Below the pieces are notes generated by a model. That model was given only the letters and a program-made list of their open reading frames with translations. It ran no database searches and had not been told where the DNA came from. Made by a program: the position numbers and the translations under genes. A stretch of 63,994 bases of DNA, counting the filler, from Dirinaria sp. TL-2023a (taxonomy: Eukaryota), in assembly GCA_051941275.1 (NCBI GenBank). It is 3 parts of 3 records of this genome, joined end to end, with 100 filler letters (N's around TTAATTAATTAA, not from the genome) between each part and the next. Parts side by side here need not be neighbours in the genome. Positions count along the whole stretch, not along the records: positions 22,370 to 44,621 come from JAVEBF010000230.1; 2 more parts are not named here. One strand, given 5' to 3'. Below are positions 25,301 to 36,773 of the stretch, piece after piece (within the stretch, counting starts at the first letter, position 1; the number at the start of each line of letters is the position of its first letter).

Positions 25301-26029
25301 CTATACTGAATTTCCGTTGCATAAGAAACGGGATATGGCCACCCAAAGCCAGCGTTTGCGTAGAAGTTGTGACTCTTTTCCCCACCTCGCACCTGTGATT
25401 GCGCCGGATGATTCTAGCAACTCTTAAGCCTACTGAGCAGTCTCTGACGATAAGATCGTGCTTCTGAGCTCTATCCCTGCCCGGCAAGATAGCAATTCAT
25501 TCATTCGTAAGGGCATTGACATCCTCAATTATATGAGCTGGAGATTACCCTCGTCGCCAACGTTCTTCTTCTACCATGATTGCAATACTTTCGTTGTCGA
25601 CACGATCGTCATGTCTATTCATTATTCCATGAGCCTCAGTCACCTGTAAGATCGGTCCTTATAATAGCCCTTAAGGTTGCAGAATTGCCGATACCTATGG
25701 CGTGCCGTTAGAGATCATACAGCGAATTTTTTGGGACTTCGACTTAGTCACACGGATGATGTTACAGGCATTGGATACCATTTGTATATGGATCCGAGAG
25801 AATGCTCACTCCGTAGCTTAGACTTATGCAAACTAGCGGAAGCCTTATAGTCCTAAACTGTTGCGTCTTTGTATCGGCAAACAACTCTTGACATTTCCCA
25901 GAAATAGTATGGAAAGAACGATGAAATTAAGAAGGGGGAAGGGGTCATGGTATTCACATACAAGAAACATTTGGGCTCTCAACACTGCAAGGAACGCTTT
26001 CATGTAAGATTTGTACGACAGCTTGCAAT

Positions 26030-27573
26030 CTAACTAAATTTTCCTCCAGTGGGACTAAAATATTGATGTGTCTCAAATTCAGCACTTGGTGTTACTGCTC
26101 TTTGTTCCGTTAGTGCAAGAACCGATGGAACTGGGGGGTCGGTAGGTGACACAGGAACCGCCGCCAATTCCTGAGGCGGTCTACTTTTGGCGGCAGAGAT
26201 GTTCGTGGGTGGAGGTGTCTGGGTCTGCTGGGGCATTGCAGATGACCGCTGGCTTGGAAGTTCAACGCTCGGCGGCGGCGGTGATACCGGTAAGCGTATG
26301 CGATCCGGCGACGTCCATGCTCCAGATCGTTCGCTGACTGCGGTATGGGCACGTGAGTAACTGGAAGCTGGATAGTTCGACACCGGACTTCTTGGGCTCA
26401 TGACACCCGAGCTTGCCACTGCAGAGCTTGCTTCCGCCAATTTACGTTCGTGACCTCGCCGCCTTGAGCGCGAAATCAAGATTGCGAGCAGGAAAAGTGT
26501 AAGTGTACCTCCAAGTCCTGCTCCGACTGCGATTCCAACTTTTGCCCCTGTCGAGAGAGACCTGTCAGGTGGCTGGAGGTTATACTTCAAAGTGAAAAGG
26601 TGGGTCGAGATGATTTTGACTGGAGCTATGTTTTGCCGTCGGGAGAGCGGATGAGAACCATCTGTTAAAGCCGATGGCCTGACGAGACCGGAAGTGGTCG
26701 GGTTTATTTTATCTCGTTGATCGATGTTGAGTGTCGTGGATACGTCTAGATTTAGAGGGGTCGTTGTATAGCAGGGTGTTTGACCTGCAAGGTCAGAACT
26801 GTAAACTGACCAACCACTGGGCGAACTCGTTAGCTTTTATTCCGTGCTTGCGATTTCTCCATAGCAGCTTACGATGGGCAGCACGCTCCGCCAGTCGTAG
26901 TGTAATCAGCTGGGCAGACACTGAGTGGACCACCCACACGGGGGTTAAAAGGACAGCATTTTGGTTGTTCGTTTGAGCATCCGAGCCTTGGGTATTCGAG
27001 AAGACCTCCGTTGTCTAAAGTAGCAATGACTGGGTGCGGCAAGGAGCAACTACCGGTAAGGAGTGAATGGCCGTTGAAGCTAGCGACGGCAGCGGTAGTA
27101 GGAACAGTAACTGCTTGCTGTATACCAGCTTCCTGCACGGTCGCCGCAGCAGCATTCAAGGATCTTGTTGTTGAAGAATTTCCACAGCCGAGGAAGTTTA
27201 GCACTTGGACATTGACGCCGGCGCAAAGTGCTTTGTTGAAAGCTTGGGCAACTGCAGGTAATTAGGAGCGGCATTCTAGAATATCGACCTCGAGGCCACA
27301 TACCTAGCTGGTCAGCAGGACCACAGGTTTTCGAAAGGCAGCATGCAAGAACATCAATGTACTGCACATTACTACATAGACATCCGATGTCTACATTCGA
27401 GCAAGATCCTTGGGCCGACGATGAGCTCTCGAGACAGGACTCCTGAAGGAAATTAGCGTTGTGTATACTCAGGGTGGCCAAACGCATCATACCGCGCATG
27501 CAGGAAGGTTGAAACTCTGCCCTCGCACTCTGTACAGGATATTTGTCACCAGCAGAAAGACCGCCAGCCGCAT
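26030..27573 (-). CDS. CFEM-domain type I membrane protein (signal peptide, CFEM, second Cys-rich domain, TM, Pro/Ser tail; 3 introns)
   Basis: MRLAVFLLVTNILYRVRGQSFNLPACA|ESCLESSSSAQGSCSNVDIGCLCSNVQYIDVLACCLSKTCGPADQL|VAQAFNKALCAGV; GCSNEQPKCCPF..CPADY..GACCPS|GW..PCY; LSTGAKVGIAVGAGLGGTLTLFLLAILI-SRSRRR. Confidence 0.85.
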
Positions 27574-30206
27574 CTTTACAGCTTGTGAGTGAGTGCTCAG
27601 GAGGAAGAATATAGTTGTAGAATCGACGAGTGCTATGCAAGGAGATGTTCCAGACTACAGCCAGGAATGCAATTACCGCATTCGTCAAGCGAGAGGAGCT
27701 TCATAGCCGAATGCGGAGGAGCTACTAATCAGTCATAGCTGTCGCCTCTCTCGATTGCATAATTCGTCTTCTGGTGGCTTCCAGAAGCTATGCATTACCT
27801 ATCCTCGTATTCTTATGCCCTTGCTCTTGTTGTCGAAATGGCTGCATAGTCTCATTTCAGCTTTCACTGAGTACTCTTTCTTGCTTATCCAACCTACTTA
27901 CTCTTTTCTTTGTTAAATTGCTCACAAGACCCTGGAAACCTCTTCATTGATCCAGCTCTCGCCCCTAGCTCATATGGGTGTTCTAGCAATTCCCGTGGTC
28001 CACAATGACCCTTGGAGCGTCGCTGGCCATTGTCCAAGAAAATTTTGTCCAATTCATCACCAGAACGGAACTACTCTCGCCTCTGATCTGGCCACCAAAT
28101 CAGCAATGAACTTCATGTGAAAACCATAAGATGTACTATCTTCTGCTGAACTATGATGTTGTCCATACTGCTGGTATTTTAATAACATACTATAAAACCA
28201 CACCATGCCGTCAACGACAAGAGACTCAGACGGCCAGAGGACTTTCTATGCGCATTCAGCTCCTCACTCTCTCTCACCTCCTCACTCTCTCTATGGGCAT
28301 ATCCTGTTAAAGGAACAGATCCTCATTCACTCCTCTTTTCTTCTATCATGCTTATGCATATACTGTTCAACAGACATAGAATCTGTGGACAATGATATGA
28401 CGCCGTTTCATTCAATCATAATAGGGGAAGGAAAGGGTGAGTGTCCGACACCATTGACGGCATTTTTGGAGATCCATAACAACAGCAGCAAATTTAAGAA
28501 GCACTGGTTAATGCTCATCATATATGATACTGAGAGATTTGGAAACAGGCTCTGCACCCACGGTCTATGTTAAGAACGCGGGATGTAGGAAGTACTGAAC
28601 ATCACGCGTAAGCTTACCTGCCTAGCTCCAGAGCACATGTCGGAAATTGTGTTGTTTTTGGTTCGATGCTTTAATGTCCAGCTCACAAGATCTTCATATA
28701 GATTGATGCAATCTCATACAACTGCGTGACTGATACATTCGATCAGCTGAGGTTGCGAATTAGCAAACTGTACACACACATATTAGGAGAATTCAATGTG
28801 CTCGGGTTCGTAGAAATCTGATCAAGTGCCGTAGTCGTCGGCGCGAGATTCCAATTTGTAATGAAACTCCAGACGACATTCTTGCGTTAGGCTGTTGATA
28901 ACGAGTTTATACCATGAGACGCCAACGTCAGCAGCGATATCTAGACTGATGTCTAAAGTAGTGAGTACAGTGGTAAGTTGGAGCCTTGCATCTGTACAGG
29001 TAGTCTCGTTCTGCGTAGAATTAAAGCTCCCAAATAGTCGTACCCTTTTATCAAGAAACGGGATAAGAGCCGAGAATGCCGAAGAAAAAACAGCAAATCA
29101 CAACGCAAAAATCAACGTCTGTCTGAATCGATGAGCTGTTGTTAGATATCGCAGACGAGACTTGACTTATTCATACGAAGTATCCACGATAGAGTAGATA
29201 TCTTCACTCATGACCCGAAAGTTCACGTCGCCAAGTTAATTTCCTGCAAGAGCGCTGTATACCCATTTTTTTTTGAAACCGGACAAGATGAAAAAGAATG
29301 AGCAAGAGATACACACCGCATGCCAAACGATATACCAGCATCGAAAAACAGTAGCATAAAAGTTTTTCCCACGAACATATCGTGATAAAGATGACGACAA
29401 AGATGCTTATTCACGACAGTAAACAGTCGCAGATTGAAGATCTTTAATTCTTTCTGAAAGCGTCGACAGGCGAATCAAGCTGCTCTGAAATTTTCTTCGG
29501 CTCACATGGAGATCACATCCGCTGCAATTTCCGTTTGGAAGAAGGCAACGCATTCCCTTTGATAATGTCGACGTCATACATGTCTTGTTATCGAGTAACA
29601 ATTGGATATCAAGCGTCGAAAAATCATCAGTGCGAGCAAAGATATACTGCGTAGGATATATCACATCTTTCGATCTCAATGAGCACTGTCAGATCGAGCC
29701 GCCAGATGGCCAGGAAGAATAACAAACGATGGGAACTTCCTCACAATGTAAGGTACCTAGGTATGATATGTACAGGCCCTGAATCAGCCCTAGACGAGTC
29801 AAGAAAAAAAAAAATGAGTTGACTTGGGAGTTCTTTTTTTGGTCTTACATGAAAGGTAAGCATGTCGATTGAATGAAAACCTCGCTGCGTCGTATCTCTA
29901 TTGGATCTCTCACAAGCCATGTAATGTGTACAACGTTCGTGGGTTGCGATGCAGAAAATCAATATCGAGCTGCATCCAAAAGTTGAAGAGTGAAGCCTCC
30001 AGATCTTCTCGGCCTATTCGCATCGACTTGATCAGACAGTCACAGCGAACAGGCGAAGAGTACTGCAGTCTATCTATTTCTCTATAGCCCTATTTGCGAC
30101 ACTACTTAAGAACGTTTCCGCCTGCTTGCCCTTTTTATGCATCCTGATACTGGCTGTGGCGTAGCCTGACCCAGCATTGTTCTCCCGTGGCGTCTTCCTG
30201 ATACAG

Positions 30207-31660
30207 TCACCCTCTCCATCCCTTATCCACCTCCGCAAAAGCATCATACCCCATCAACCAATCCCTGAAGCCCGGCTCAGTGAAATGGTACGGATAGTCA
30301 TCATCTCCGAGCGTGGCGAGCCACTCATCTCGCTCCTGCTGCTCCTTGCCGTCAGGAAATTTGCGTGCCACCCCCTGGTTCAAACTCCCCTCGACGACTT
30401 TCGTGACCCTTGGTTTGCGTAGGTCCTCGTACGCCTGCAGCAGCTTTGGGATCTGGGCGCGGGCTGTTATCTTGTCGAAGAGGGCTCCGAGTACCGCGCC
30501 GTCTTCGACTGCCATGGCCGCGCCTTGGGCCCTTGCGATTCCGTTACAGACGATTCATACCAGCCACAATCAAGATAAAACAAAATGGAGAATCACTTAC
30601 AGATAAGGTAGGCTTGCGTGCGCGGCGTCCCCAAGGAGTACGAACTTCCCACCCTTGTGTCCCCAGTTCCCCATTTCGCGGCTGGTCAGCATACGCCACT
30701 TCTGCGTCTGCTGCACCACACCCAACAGCGCCTGCAGTCTCGGGTCCCACCCTTTCAACAGTTCTTTCATCTCCTCAGGCGTCGCCTTGCTAACATCGAC
30801 ATCTTCCGGTATGGTATCTGGGGCCACAAGCACGATGTTGTACAGCCCGTCCTCTTGCAGTAGATAGCCAACGACAAAGATATCCGGCCCGATCCAAAGA
30901 TCGTTCGACATGTGCTCGATAAGCTCGTGTAGGATTTCGTACCTACGCATATCGCTCACTTTGACTGTAAGCCTGTATGCTAGATCCCCCGTGCGACGTG
31001 GAGGATCTTTCCTCCCTAGCAAAAGCTCCCGGCACACACTGTTCAGCCCATCAGCGCCCACAATCACGTCGCTCTGGATCCTCTCCCCATCTGTCGACGC
31101 GGCATTCGCTTTCAAAATTACAGTTCCGGATTCAAATTCTATCGCCTCCACAGCACAACCTAGTCTAATCGTGACACCTAGCCTGGTTGCCTCTTCCGCG
31201 AGAACGGCGTGGAAGTCTGCGCGGTGGATGTAGTATATATCGGTCCCATATTTATCTGCAATCCTATCAGATGAGGTACTGAGGATACGACCATCTTCCC
31301 AGCGGCGGACCCGGAGCTCGTAAGAATGGACACTCTGGGGTTCGATTGCAGGGAGCAGAGACCAGTGTTGAAGGATACGAGCGGCGTTAGGGGGTATTTG
31401 GATTCCTGCGCCGACCTGGATTGGGTGACGAAGGTTGTAAGAATGTTCAATGTGGTAGAATGAGGCAACAGGGCAATGAGTGATAGAATATTGAGACGAA
31501 TCTAACTTGGATAAGGGTAAGAGGTCCTTACATGGTGGAATTCAGACGATTGCTCGAGCATTGTAACGTTGTGCCCTGCACGTCTGATGCCAACAGCTGC
31601 CGTCAAGCCTCCGAGGCCGGCACCGACGATAGTGAATTGGAGAATTGGCTTTTGAGCCAT
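30207..31660 (-). CDS. FAD-dependent monooxygenase (salicylate hydroxylase-like, group A), 2 introns
   Basis: IVGAGLGGLTAA (Rossmann), VGAGIQIPPNA, IHRADFH, VIVGADGLNS (DG motif), LLGDAAHASLPYL|AQGAAMAVEDG (GD motif), YEDLRKPR. Confidence 0.9.
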
Positions 31661-32391
31661 TCGATTGAGAGTAAGGAGAAAAGCTGGGGAGAGACTAAGG
31701 TGAATGAGACTCGAACGAAGCAAACCGTGATACGCTGGTGCTTTAAGTACTTGATTTGAACCAGCGCAGAGTATTTTTTGTGAAAATCAGCTGGGGATGC
31801 GTAGATCCGTTCGAGAAGGCTCGATGGATACAGCTCCTTCCCTACCTACATAATGACTTACCATAACGTTGATCACAGAGTTTCGCGAAGTTCATCGGCC
31901 ACCGAGGCAGGACCCTGCAAGATGATGGCACGCCGCATCCATGCAGCAACATCCTCCACCATGGTATAGGTAAGGTAAGACAATCTAGACTTGCCTCTCC
32001 ATTCGCCAGAGACAGCACAGATTCACTGAACGACCGTCCATGCGTTCGAGTATGTAACTGCGAGGCTGCGTAATGATTTAACAGAATGTTGCGACGGTAG
32101 GTTGGGCGTCTCAGATATAAATCACAATGCTTGAATCAGAAAGTTCTAAAGGCACAATCAATCATATGCACAAGACAGCCTTGTCAATGAGTTGGACAAT
32201 TAAGCATGTACCTGCATTAACCGTCCTCTGGCGCCCCGCTGTGTCGAATAAAAATAACCATTGAGCGCACACCGTCCCAGTGGAGACGCGTTGTAAAACC
32301 TTGATAGATCATCGAACATATCACGTTTAAGTCATTGCGCCCTCAGCCCTCCTGTACTTTCTAAAACAATCGCGCTTAAGCGCAGTCGAGA

Positions 32392-34328
32392 CTAAAAGGT
32401 TTCTCCTACTCCACTCAACTTCCTCACCAGCTTTCGCTCTGGCGGGCCCATGTCTCTGTCGTCTCTTCCTTTTGTGCTTGTACCGAAGCTTATTCTTCGA
32501 TCAGGTCCTAAGCCACTCATCCGCCTCTGTATGCTACTCACAGAGAACGCCGGTATACTAGAATTCTGTTCTCCTTTTCTACTCGCTGGTGTTGGTGTAG
32601 TAGCTTCGCTACTCTCTTCTTCGCCATTGTGAAGATGGTATGAGCCATGATTGCTTAGGCGGGTGACGCTTGCTGAATGACTGTGTGCACCATGCATCGG
32701 TGCGTACGAGCCTCCTATGGAAGAGCTTGGCCTGCGTGATTCCGACATCATGCTTGTCGAATAGTGACCGAGCGGTGTTCGGCTGCCGGTCATCGATTGC
32801 CGACTTGCAGGCCGGCTGCTGCTGTTGGAAGCTGCGGCAGCACTCGGGAGATGGCTAATGGAGGTCCGCGAGGTGATGCTGTGCCGTGAGCTAGGTCGGC
32901 TTCGAACAGTGTTTATGTCGCGGTTTGGTGAAGGCTGAGGTATGCCGAAAGAAAGCCGGCTTTGCAGCCGACTCTGTGAGCGTTGCGGCTGTTCTGCTGG
33001 CTGTTGCAAAGCTGACGAGGCGTTACTACCGCCGGTACGCTTCTTGTTACTGCGCATCGTGATGGTGGGAGGAATGTAGGCTTGGCCAAGGGCGGAATTG
33101 CTTCGAGGCGAAGCCTTGGGAGGGGTCGCAGTAGGAGCTGGAAGTTTTGACCTTGCGGAATTGACTCGCTGCTCAAGCTTTTGCATCTTCCCAATCAAGC
33201 CGCGGATTTGATGGAGCGAACCAGTGGTGGGAAGACCTGGACGCGGAGGGCCTGGCTCCACCTGAGGGCGATTTTGTCGGTAGATGGTTGATCGTCGAGA
33301 TGCGCTGGTGGGTATATGATTGCTTTTAGAGATGGATAAACGAGATCCAGGAGGGCGAGCAGAAATGTTCGAAGGCCGCGGCGTAATATTCGAGTCCGCC
33401 ATCGTAGGCCGCGTATTTGATGTCGTTTTGTCGTCTAATGCTGGAGCTGTAGGTACAGATTGCTCAGAGATAGGCGGCGAAGGTGGTGTGGGTGTTTCGG
33501 ATACGGTGGAAGAGGCCGACTTTGTAGGCGGCGTCGCGATGGTAGGAGACGAAGTCGAGGTAGTCTCTGAATGCTGCGATACTTGAGATGAAGGTCGATC
33601 CAGACTTGAAGAAGCTTGTGCAGGCTTTCTTGAGCGTTGCCTTTCTGCGGCCGCCTCTACATTGCGAAGTTTATCTTGCCGAACTTCTGCCTCCACTTTG
33701 AGATCACTGAGTTCGTCCCGCAAACGTTGTGTCTCTATCCGTAGCGCTTCTCTTTCTTGTTCCCCGCCCTTGATCTCCTCCTCCATCATGACCCCTCGCT
33801 CGATTGCTACATTGTATCTGGACTCTAGATCCTCGAGTGACGACGTAGTGTTCCTGGCCTGCCTCTCAAAGTCATCACTGACCACCTCAATGTCTCGAAG
33901 CTTGAGTGTGATCGTTCTATTAGTATCGCGAAGGGAAGTAATCTCTTTCTGGAGGGCATTTTGTGCGGCGTTGGCTTCGGATTTTGACTGTTTGTACTTC
34001 GTCTAGATGTAGAAATGTTAACCTTTTGGCTCACTGCCTTGAGCCAAAATTGCGCAGAAGAGTATGTACGCGGGGGAGGGGCATCGTATACCTTCCACTC
34101 TTCAACTTCATATCCTAGGCTTTCCACCTTCTCTTGCAGCTGGCGTTCTCTCTTTTCGGACGCTTCGATATCTCTCTCCAGCTCCGCCTCCAGCTCCCTG
34201 CTCGAGGCCTGGAAATCGGCAAGTTCTGCTTCGAGCTGCTCGTATTGCGCCTTGTAATATGATAGCGAATTTTCGCCCTCGGACAATGTATTGGTGGAGG
34301 ATGAAGGCGACTCATCTTGGGGGTCCAT
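32392..34328 (-). CDS. nudE: Nuclear distribution protein NudE/RO11 (1 intron)
   Basis: [93 protein letters not shown]. Confidence 0.93.
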
Positions 34329-35011
34329 ATTGAGGGTGCTGTCTTGGGATACCTGCTAGCCAGACAAGGGGAGTACAGTAGTAGATGATGTTCACTGGGC
34401 GTGCTGCTGGGTCATTGGGCCTTGATGCATCGAACTGTGATCGTGCAGTCGTAGAGGTTTCCTCCGGACCATGGGCGACCTACTAGAGGTAGAGTGCCAC
34501 AATTTAGGACTTTTGGCTATCTTCACTGTTCTGTCGCGCTCTCGTCCCGATGCCCGAGAGAAGAAAGAGGGTTTGAGGTCGAGAAGTCAAGGTACCTGAA
34601 TCTTCCCCTTACCTAACTTTCTCGACCGGTCGCAATATTTGTTGATGCCCCAGACTCCCACTGTCCGAGTGAACAACGGGGACAACATACGCTAGCCTCT
34701 TCGGTCTAGCGCCATCTGCCCTCTTTAGCGGGCATCACCCCGTCCCTGCCAGTCCACTTCACCCATGAGACTCCATCAAGCAAAGGAACCGCTCTCTACT
34801 CCCTCTGTGTGTTTCGAGACAACTTGTGCGATTGGGATTGCTGATTCGTCATGCGCGGTAGCCTACCGTCAGCAATGCGACACCTGCGCGACTATTATTG
34901 AGCATCTCGAGCAACCAGAGCTTGCGTCAAACCATGACCAACAGATCTCAAACTACACCCCAGATCTAGGACTACACCCTTGACCACTACCTCAGCCTTA
35001 TTTCGAGAATC

Positions 35012-36206
35012 ATGATGGCAGCTTCCTCCGTCTACAACGGGCCTATCAGTGTTATCCCTAACAATCCTGGCTCATCCGAACCCCCAGCTCAAGATGGTCC
35101 CTCTACGGAATTCCCTGCAGAACCTCCTCGGGTTGGTATGTCTTTCGACTCAATGCCATCCGCGAAGAAATACATCACCGAGTGGTGCGCTAGAGAACGG
35201 ATACCATATAGTGTTTGGAAAGCGGACAGACGATGCTGGGTCTTAACGTGCAAGGACAAGAACAATTGCATGTTCAGGCTGCGAGTCAAGAATATCGATC
35301 GACCGACCATCAGTATTCTCGAAGCCCACACTTGCTCGTCCCTGTCCTTCCGACGAACAGCACAAACTGGAGGACCCATAAAAGCGACCCCGTACAATTG
35401 GCCACATGATGCATCATTGAACTCGGGCACTACGGCTTTGGTGTTGATAGATATGCAGCGCGACTGTGCGTATTGATTCCAGGTCTATCTAGCAAACTGA
35501 GATGCTAATGAAGGCTCGAAGATAGTCTGCGCGCCAGGTGGCTTCACTGAACGTCAGGGCGATGACGTATCGCAATTACGAAAAATAATACCAGGGCTTC
35601 AACGATTACTGTACGCTTTCAGAGGCGCAGGGTTTCCAGTCTATCATACAAGAGAGGGTATGCGGCATCTATAGGCTTGTAAGCTACCACTGAACAGAGC
35701 CAGGTCATCGTCCCGATTTGTCTACTCTTGGCAGCCGCGAAGCTTTTCGTTCGCAAAACAACACTTCAGGCCTTGGAATAGGTTATCCCGGGCCTTTGGG
35801 CAGATTTATGATACGAGGCGAGGAAGGACACGACATCATACCCGAGCTGTATCCCGTACCTGGCGAACCTATCGTAGACAAGCCTGGCCGGAGTGCGTTC
35901 GCGCATACTGATTTCGCACTGCTGCTAAAGAACAAGGGCATTCAGAATCTTGTCGTGGCTGGCTTTTCAACAGATACTAGCGTCAACAGCACAATCAGAG
36001 AAGCAACAGATCGAGGGTTCGACTGTCTGCTTGTTGAGGACGGGAGCGTAGCTAAGGATGCAAGACTGCATAAAGCAGCCTGTGAGAGCATCGCTTTAGG
36101 AGGAGGAACATTTGGCGCGACTGGAAAGCTGCATCATGTAGCTGGACAGCTGGAATTCATGGCACACGATCGGCGGAACGGTGTTGAGAGCGGCATAGTT
36201 GGATAA
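35012..36206 (+). CDS. Fusion: MuDR/Mutator-type DNA-binding domain plus biuret-hydrolase-like isochorismatase domain with Ser in place of the catalytic Cys (about 362 aa, 2 introns)
   Basis: Exons 35012-35465, 35526-35657, 35704-36206. N-terminal PRVGMSFDS..AKKYITEW..YSVWKADRRCWVLTCKDKNNCMFRLRV..ISILEAHTC, then ATPYNWPHD..TALVLIDMQRDF..HTREGHRPDLS..IVDKPGRSAF..AGFSTDTSVNSTIREATDRGF. Confidence 0.85.
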
Positions 36207-36519
36207 GATACGAAAACATCACGAAGGCAAGATAGGCAGAAGCTCGATTAGGAATTCTTGAGTGAACAGGGCTCGATTACCAGCAGGGCGTCGGAGGATA
36301 GTATTGCTTTCCCGGACGGACTTTTCTTGTTCAACGATACCCTATCCGTTGGCAGACAAAATCGATCGACGTATTTCATGCAACGGGCGCTAATGGCTCA
36401 TGGAAGTAACGAAGTCGAATCCACAAGGGTTCAGAGACCTGGCTTGCAAGTTACTGGCGTTTGTCGATTGTCGCGACCAAAAGCACTAGTTCACGTGATT
36501 AAGTCTGAGGGAAGGAGTC

Positions 36520-36625
36520 AGTGGAGATAAGGCCGCCTCGGGCGAGATGCTAGCGGTATCTCATCCATTGACCAATCTTTTATGCAGGTGGAGATAAAGC
36601 CTCGGTCCAATATGTCATAGATAAA
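36520..36625 (+). promoter_or_regulatory. Three clustered AGATAA (GATA/AreA-type) sites upstream of the permease
   Basis: AGATAA at 36525, 36592 and 36619, 150-250 bp before the ATG at 36774. Confidence 0.5.
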
Positions 36626-36773
36626 GAGTTTGACCCCAAGACGTGCCGCTCCTCCTTCAGCATAACGGTGAAAAGGAGCAATGGAGAAATGCAAAACACA
36701 ACTTACCTGCAAGCTGTGATTGACATCTACCATAGCTCCTGTGTTAATTAGCTTCTCATAAGTCAGGTACACT

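Noticed and set aside
27574..27703. Upstream MKLLS start with a frameshifted signal peptide for the CFEM gene
   Set aside because: The ATG at 27573 gives a clean signal peptide in frame with CFEM after splicing.
35012..35476. Active Mutator transposon
   Set aside because: No DDE or SWIM domain, terminal inverted repeats or target-site duplication are visible; only the DNA-binding domain is present.
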